Notes under the pieces: model-generated
The model's input: the letters and a program-made list of their open reading frames with translations, nothing else
Database searches by the model: none
What the model was told of the DNA's origin: nothing
Shown: in pieces, positions 60,063 through 64,000 of the stretch
Layout: each line of letters starts with the position of its first letter
How positions within the stretch are numbered: position 1 is the first letter of the stretch
NCBI GenBank assembly: GCA_050015395.1
Contig: JBEKBM010000007.1
Coordinates: forward strand, 1-64,000
DNA length: 64,000 nt
Direction: 5' to 3'
Origin: Candidatus Bathyarchaeia archaeon
GTDB taxonomy: Archaea; Thermoproteota; Bathyarchaeia; Bathyarchaeales; Bathycorpusculaceae
Position numbers and translations under genes: made by a program

Positions 60063-60099
60063 TTAGATAACCGTGTTTAAAATAGGCTTACTCCTTAGT
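60063..60099. other. attR (inner inverted arm plus core)
   Basis: TTAGATAACCGTGTTTAAAATAGGC-TTACTCCTTAGT. Confidence 0.85.
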
Positions 60100-60480
60100 T
60101 ACCTCTATTGGCAATTTTTCCCCACACGAATTATACACGCTAACATTCTGCTCACTTGCATAAGGGTAACCTACAATCATGAGGATCCGCCCAAAAAAAT
60201 GGTTAAAATCCACGTCCGAAGGCGTTGTGTTACCTGACGGATGCGAATGAACAGTGCCTACCAGAGAGAAATCCATCGGCAACAAATGAAGCTGATAATT
60301 AGCAAACCCATGCCCATAAGTAGCCAACGGCGGCACTAAAAGGTCAACAATACGAACAACATCCTTAACCTTTTTGCCTCTAAGAAGCAAAATCGTCTCC
60401 CGTGGATAAAGTCGCCTTGCACCCTCAAAAATTGAATCCAACAACTCCTGACTCATAGACACTGCTTTAGTTTTTGCCAT
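60088..60480 (-). CDS. JAMM/MPN+ (Mov34) metalloprotease; stop codon lies in attR
   Basis: 'YPRE', 'GTVHSHPSG...PS..D'. Confidence 0.88.
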   Translation of the reverse strand: MAKTKAVSMSQELLDSIFEGARRLYPRETILLLRGKKVKDVVRIVDLLVPPLATYGHGFANYQLHLLPMDFSLVGTVHSHPSGNTTPSDVDFNHFFGRILMIVGYPYASEQNVSVYNSCGEKLPIEVTKE

Positions 60481-60574
60481 AAAACGCCCATACGTTTACA
60501 GCTTTATTACCTTTACTGAGTTTTCACTAAGGAAAAACAGAAATAAACAACTATCCTCATTACACTTAAAAAGA

Positions 60575-60662
60575 GCCGGGATGGCAGAGTGGTTAACGCG
60601 CGGGCCTTGAGAGCCCGTGGACCTTCTGGTCCGCATGGGTTCGAATCCCATTCCCGGCGCCA
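60575..60662 (+). tRNA. tRNA-Ser(TGA), CCA encoded
   Basis: GCCGGGA...CGGGC-CTTGAGA-GCCCG, long variable arm, TTCGAAT, TCCCGGC-G-CCA. Confidence 0.95.
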
Positions 60663-60913
60663 ACTTTTTCCAATTTTTCTTTTTCAAAAAGGCCTCTATA
60701 TTGTTAGTGCAGTTTTCAAAACATTTCATTTGTTAGCGAAGCACACAAAGGATAAGCCCTTGATCTGTATCTTTTGGATTGAAAATCAAGCCACCGCTTT
60801 CTAGTAAGCTGCTTTTTTAATCAATTGGTTATCCCAAGGGCTTGAATTGGAGGGGATTTGGAGCAAAGCTTTTAAGAATTGTGAGATAAAGGGAACGCTA
60901 AATAGGTAAGAGA

Positions 60914-61105
60914 ATGGGCTTAAACGGTGAGGATAAATGTTATAGGTGTGGCACTGTAAGAGGGACGCAGGAGTTTCTGTTTAAAAAGTTAGGTCATAAA
61001 GTTTTCGTTTTTGACCCTTACGTCTTCGCTGACCTCAAGAGCCCAGAAAAACACGTTGGTTTCACATTTATTTCCGATGATAAAACATATAATTTAAGGA
61101 TTTAG
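60914..61105 (+). CDS. small hypothetical protein
   Basis: 63 aa with CxxC, directly upstream of the glycosyltransferase. Confidence 0.4.
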   Translation: MGLNGEDKCYRCGTVRGTQEFLFKKLGHKVFVFDPYVFADLKSPEKHVGFTFISDDKTYNLRI

Positions 61106-61112
61106 GACAGGC

Positions 61113-62303
61113 ATGATAATACTTGATTATTTAATTTCGGTGATTTGGCTTTCCCCCCTTCTCTACCTTTTCGTCTTAGTGTTTGGAAAAATATTTAACA
61201 GGACAAGAAAGACGGCACTCTTGAAACAGAAAGGGCAGGTTGATAAAAAAGTTGACAACATTATCTTTCAGATACCCACGGTAGGTAACGTTAAGTCAGT
61301 AAATAAAATATTGGAAACAGTAAAAAACTATGCTTTGCCTGTGCCCTTGGAAACCTGGGTAATTATTGAAGATTGGGATACGCATAAGGCTGAATACGTA
61401 TGCGATAAGCTTGTTGTTGTTCCTCCAGATTTTGTGTGTGAAGATTTATACAAAGGTCGTGCACTAGAATACGCTCGCAGGGTAAGACAAAAATTAGTTG
61501 ATGAAGGTAAGCTGGGACCAAACTACTTATTGCTTCAAGGTGACGATGATGCGGTGCCTAGCCTTGGGTTCATAAAAGAATGCTTAACTGTTCAAGCTGA
61601 CATTATCATTGGGACAATTACTCCTCAAGTAAACGGCGTATGGAACACTATTCTTGACTATGAACGTTGTGTTGCATGCGGGATCTTCTGCAATTTTTTT
61701 ACAAATTTGGGACAGCCGCTTTGGGCTCATGGCGAAGGAACCTGCATGAGTAGTCAAGTAGACAGGAACGTTTCTTATGACATAAGCATCTTTACCCATA
61801 ATACTAAGCACAAATTGATAACCAACGAAGACTCTTTTTACTTCCACAAAGCATCAGTAATGGGTTACAGTACCTTTAATTCGGAAGAAAGGATTTTCAT
61901 ACTGCCGCCATTAACTTTTGCCGATGCAGTAACACAGAGACGCAGATGGTTTTGGGGACAGCTAGCAATTTTAAAGGTGAAAATGCTGCCTCTCCCAAAC
62001 AGGATTAGGTTAAGTATAATAGGCTTCTCAGGATTATGGCTATTCTCTATTGGAACAATAGGGTTGCCATTATACTATTTAGGCATCATTAATATACCGG
62101 CAGTGCTCTTGCCATTTATATTTACGACTTTAGCCGTATGGCTTGCAATTAGAGCCTACACCATTGGAAAATGCATGGGCTGGAAACACGCCATAGCAGG
62201 TACTGCAGCAAGCTACATAACAGTGACGATGAATTTTATTATTAATTTAATTGGCCTTGCAAAGGGAGATCCAAAAAAATTCGAAGTAATTCGTAAAGAA
62301 TGA
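61113..62303 (+). CDS. processive-type family 2 glycosyltransferase
   Basis: 'KGRAL', 'DDD', 'NED', 'QRRRW'; TM helices. Confidence 0.85.
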   Translation: MIILDYLISVIWLSPLLYLFVLVFGKIFNRTRKTALLKQKGQVDKKVDNIIFQIPTVGNVKSVNKILETVKNYALPVPLETWVIIEDWDTHKAEYVCDKLVVVPPDFVCEDLYKGRALEYARRVRQKLVDEGKLGPNYLLLQGDDDAVPSLGFIKECLTVQADIIIGTITPQVNGVWNTILDYERCVACGIFCNFFTNLGQPLWAHGEGTCMSSQVDRNVSYDISIFTHNTKHKLITNEDSFYFHKASVMGYSTFNSEERIFILPPLTFADAVTQRRRWFWGQLAILKVKMLPLPNRIRLSIIGFSGLWLFSIGTIGLPLYYLGIINIPAVLLPFIFTTLAVWLAIRAYTIGKCMGWKHAIAGTAASYITVTMNFIINLIGLAKGDPKKFEVIRKE

Positions 62304-62469
62304 TACCAAAAAGCTTACTGCATTAGTTAAAGATTAGTCTGAGGCCTGATAAAAGCAAATACTTAATCTTCACAAAAGCGAACTTACCGCATAGTAGCAT
62401 GAGTGGCATCGCACTATAATTGTTTCATCTGTGGCTTTCCACACAAAGCAAAATAGTCCATTATTGATA

Positions 62470-63456
62470 CTATTGGTTTTCTGTTTCTGTTAATTTCCTG
62501 TCTTTGAGTTTTAGGGGAAAATTAAAGTGCATTTTTCGTTTTCTGCGGATGACGGTTATTATTTCAACTATGGTTAACGCGGCAACTGCGTAAAGCGGAA
62601 TCCAATCGTATTGGTACATTTGTGAGACGATGTTTCCGTTAACTTCCGCATGCAAGAATGCAAAGCCTATACCATAATAGAAGAAAAAGGGCAAATTGGT
62701 TGCCAAAACAAACGTAACTGTGGCTGTAATGAACTGAAATATTTTCTGTCTGTTGTACCATAGAAGCAGTGGAAGCGCCAAAAGCGCAGCACGCGGATCG
62801 AATGCACCAAACGCGAACAATAATGCTGAGAGCCATGGTTTTTTGGCGAACCCTAGGTACAATGCGCCTACAAGGAGGACGACTTGGAGTATGTGAGCAT
62901 TTGCTAAGACATATCCGCAGTAGTAACTTGGAGAGAACGACTGGGCATTTAAGCTAAATACTCGGTAATGGAGTAAGTTGACCTCAACAGAATTTATCGA
63001 GGGAGAAGGCAGGGGATCAATCAAAACGATCACAGCGGCTATAGCGCCAAGAACTAGGTTTTTGTCTTTTACAATCTTGTAGACAAAGAAAGCCAAGGCT
63101 GGAATTAAAGCAAGTTGTACTAGGTCAAAAGCGGTAAGAGCGTTCTGGTAGCTTAAGGCTAGAAATGGCGCAAAAAGTATCATGAAGGAAGGCATATACT
63201 TGAACGTTTGCGGTGCTGGTAGAATCTGGTAATCTCCCGGATAGGCACCTCCAGCATAGATTTTAGTTGGATTATTGAACAAGCGCCATTCTCCAATGTA
63301 GTACGCCGAGAAATCTCTCGCCCAAATGGTCGATTCTGGTTTAAACGTTTCAGGGAATGCAAGACAAAAGGTGATTGCGTTCAACGCTACCGCTATAACG
63401 ATGACTAAAATGATTTTCTGTTTTTTGGAAAGCATTTGTCTTATTGTCTTCTCCAT
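62470..63456 (-). CDS. GT-C/GT87-like multi-TM protein
   Basis: 'RDFSAYY', 'IY', 'FKYMP...LFAPF..L' pattern. Confidence 0.65.
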   Translation of the reverse strand: MEKTIRQMLSKKQKIILVIVIAVALNAITFCLAFPETFKPESTIWARDFSAYYIGEWRLFNNPTKIYAGGAYPGDYQILPAPQTFKYMPSFMILFAPFLALSYQNALTAFDLVQLALIPALAFFVYKIVKDKNLVLGAIAAVIVLIDPLPSPSINSVEVNLLHYRVFSLNAQSFSPSYYCGYVLANAHILQVVLLVGALYLGFAKKPWLSALLFAFGAFDPRAALLALPLLLWYNRQKIFQFITATVTFVLATNLPFFFYYGIGFAFLHAEVNGNIVSQMYQYDWIPLYAVAALTIVEIITVIRRKRKMHFNFPLKLKDRKLTETENQ

Positions 63457-63812
63457 ATTTTGCAGGGAAGATTAATGGCCAGAGGAAACTTGTTTGACAA
63501 CCGATTTATTTTTTGCCCTAAAAACGCAATAATAGCTGGTTCTATTTCGAAAAAATGTTATTTCAATTTCAAGCCCTTCTAGCTTAAGCTTGCACAGAAG
63601 TTTATCAAGTATCAGAGTTCTATTTCAAAACAATAAAGGCTTGCAACATACTTTACTGCAGAGTGCTCCACAAGGTCGTTGGTGCTGGCAAATAGGATCT
63701 TTTCTGTAACAAGCTTATTTCTTACTTTTTGCTCTGATTGTATTTCACATAGGCAATATCCCATTTGCAATTGACAATTAATCGTTAAGGTATTATTATA
63801 AAAAAGAAAGAG

Positions 63813-64000
63813 TCAGTAGTAGTATTCGATTGTTACGGTTGCAGTGTTAGTAGTGTTAGATGAGTCTAAGTTGCCGATTTCGACTTCTATTTGGCCTGGT
63901 ACGATTGGAAATGCGGCAGTTCCTTGTGTGCCTAACGTTATGTTCTGGTCGAAGTTGACTCCCGAATTAGAATAGATTGTTTCAGCGTACGTTGTATTTG
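63813..64000 (-). CDS. 3' end of a probable secreted protein (runs off window)
   Basis: ...NITLGTQGTAAFPIVPG...TATVTIEYYY*. Confidence 0.55.
   Translation of the reverse strand, partial: NTTYAETIYSNSGVNFDQNITLGTQGTAAFPIVPGQIEVEIGNLDSSNTTNTATVTIEYYY

Larger units (their letters stand above)
49462..60099. mobile_element. 10.6-kb integrated virus-related element (candidate satellite)
   Basis: 12-bp direct repeat TTACTCCTTAGT at 49462-49473 and 60088-60099; inverted arms 49471-49500 and 60063-60092; integrase, TerL, TerS, prohead protease. Confidence 0.9.

Noticed and set aside
60575-60662. tRNA-Ser as the integration site of the adjacent element
   Set aside because: No duplicate of its 3' end at the other side of the element; a host JAMM gene lies between; the att repeat is at 49462 and 60088.

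Overview
Archaeal chromosomal window. DGGGP synthase, an ESCRT-III/CdvB paralog, crenarchaeal-type SSB, TrmI, a JAMM protease and archaeal tRNAs point to the TACK group; Bathyarchaeia is my best guess, not a database result. Housekeeping genes alternate with small accessory islets carrying three toxin-antitoxin modules and several nuclease/NTPase fusion genes. The main discovery is a precisely bounded 10.6-kb integrated element (49462-60099). It has a 12-bp att core, ~30-bp inverted arms, a tyrosine integrase, a putative replication ATPase, a wHTH regulator flanked by mirrored operators, a prohead protease/scaffold, TerS and TerL, but no recognisable capsid, portal or tail gene. It is a candidate archaeal head-tail virus satellite, inserted in the overlapping stop codons of two convergent genes. 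Two C/D-box guide sRNAs were also read from the sequence, with predicted 23S rRNA targets at G2251 and at H69/H71. The 3' end of one is duplicated around a vapBC islet, as if the sRNA gene served as an attachment site. Further signals are a BlaI-box regulon including an ACG-initiated HtrA, a 10-bp-phased ACGC array, and several repeats. All calls were made by eye from motifs; no searches were run.
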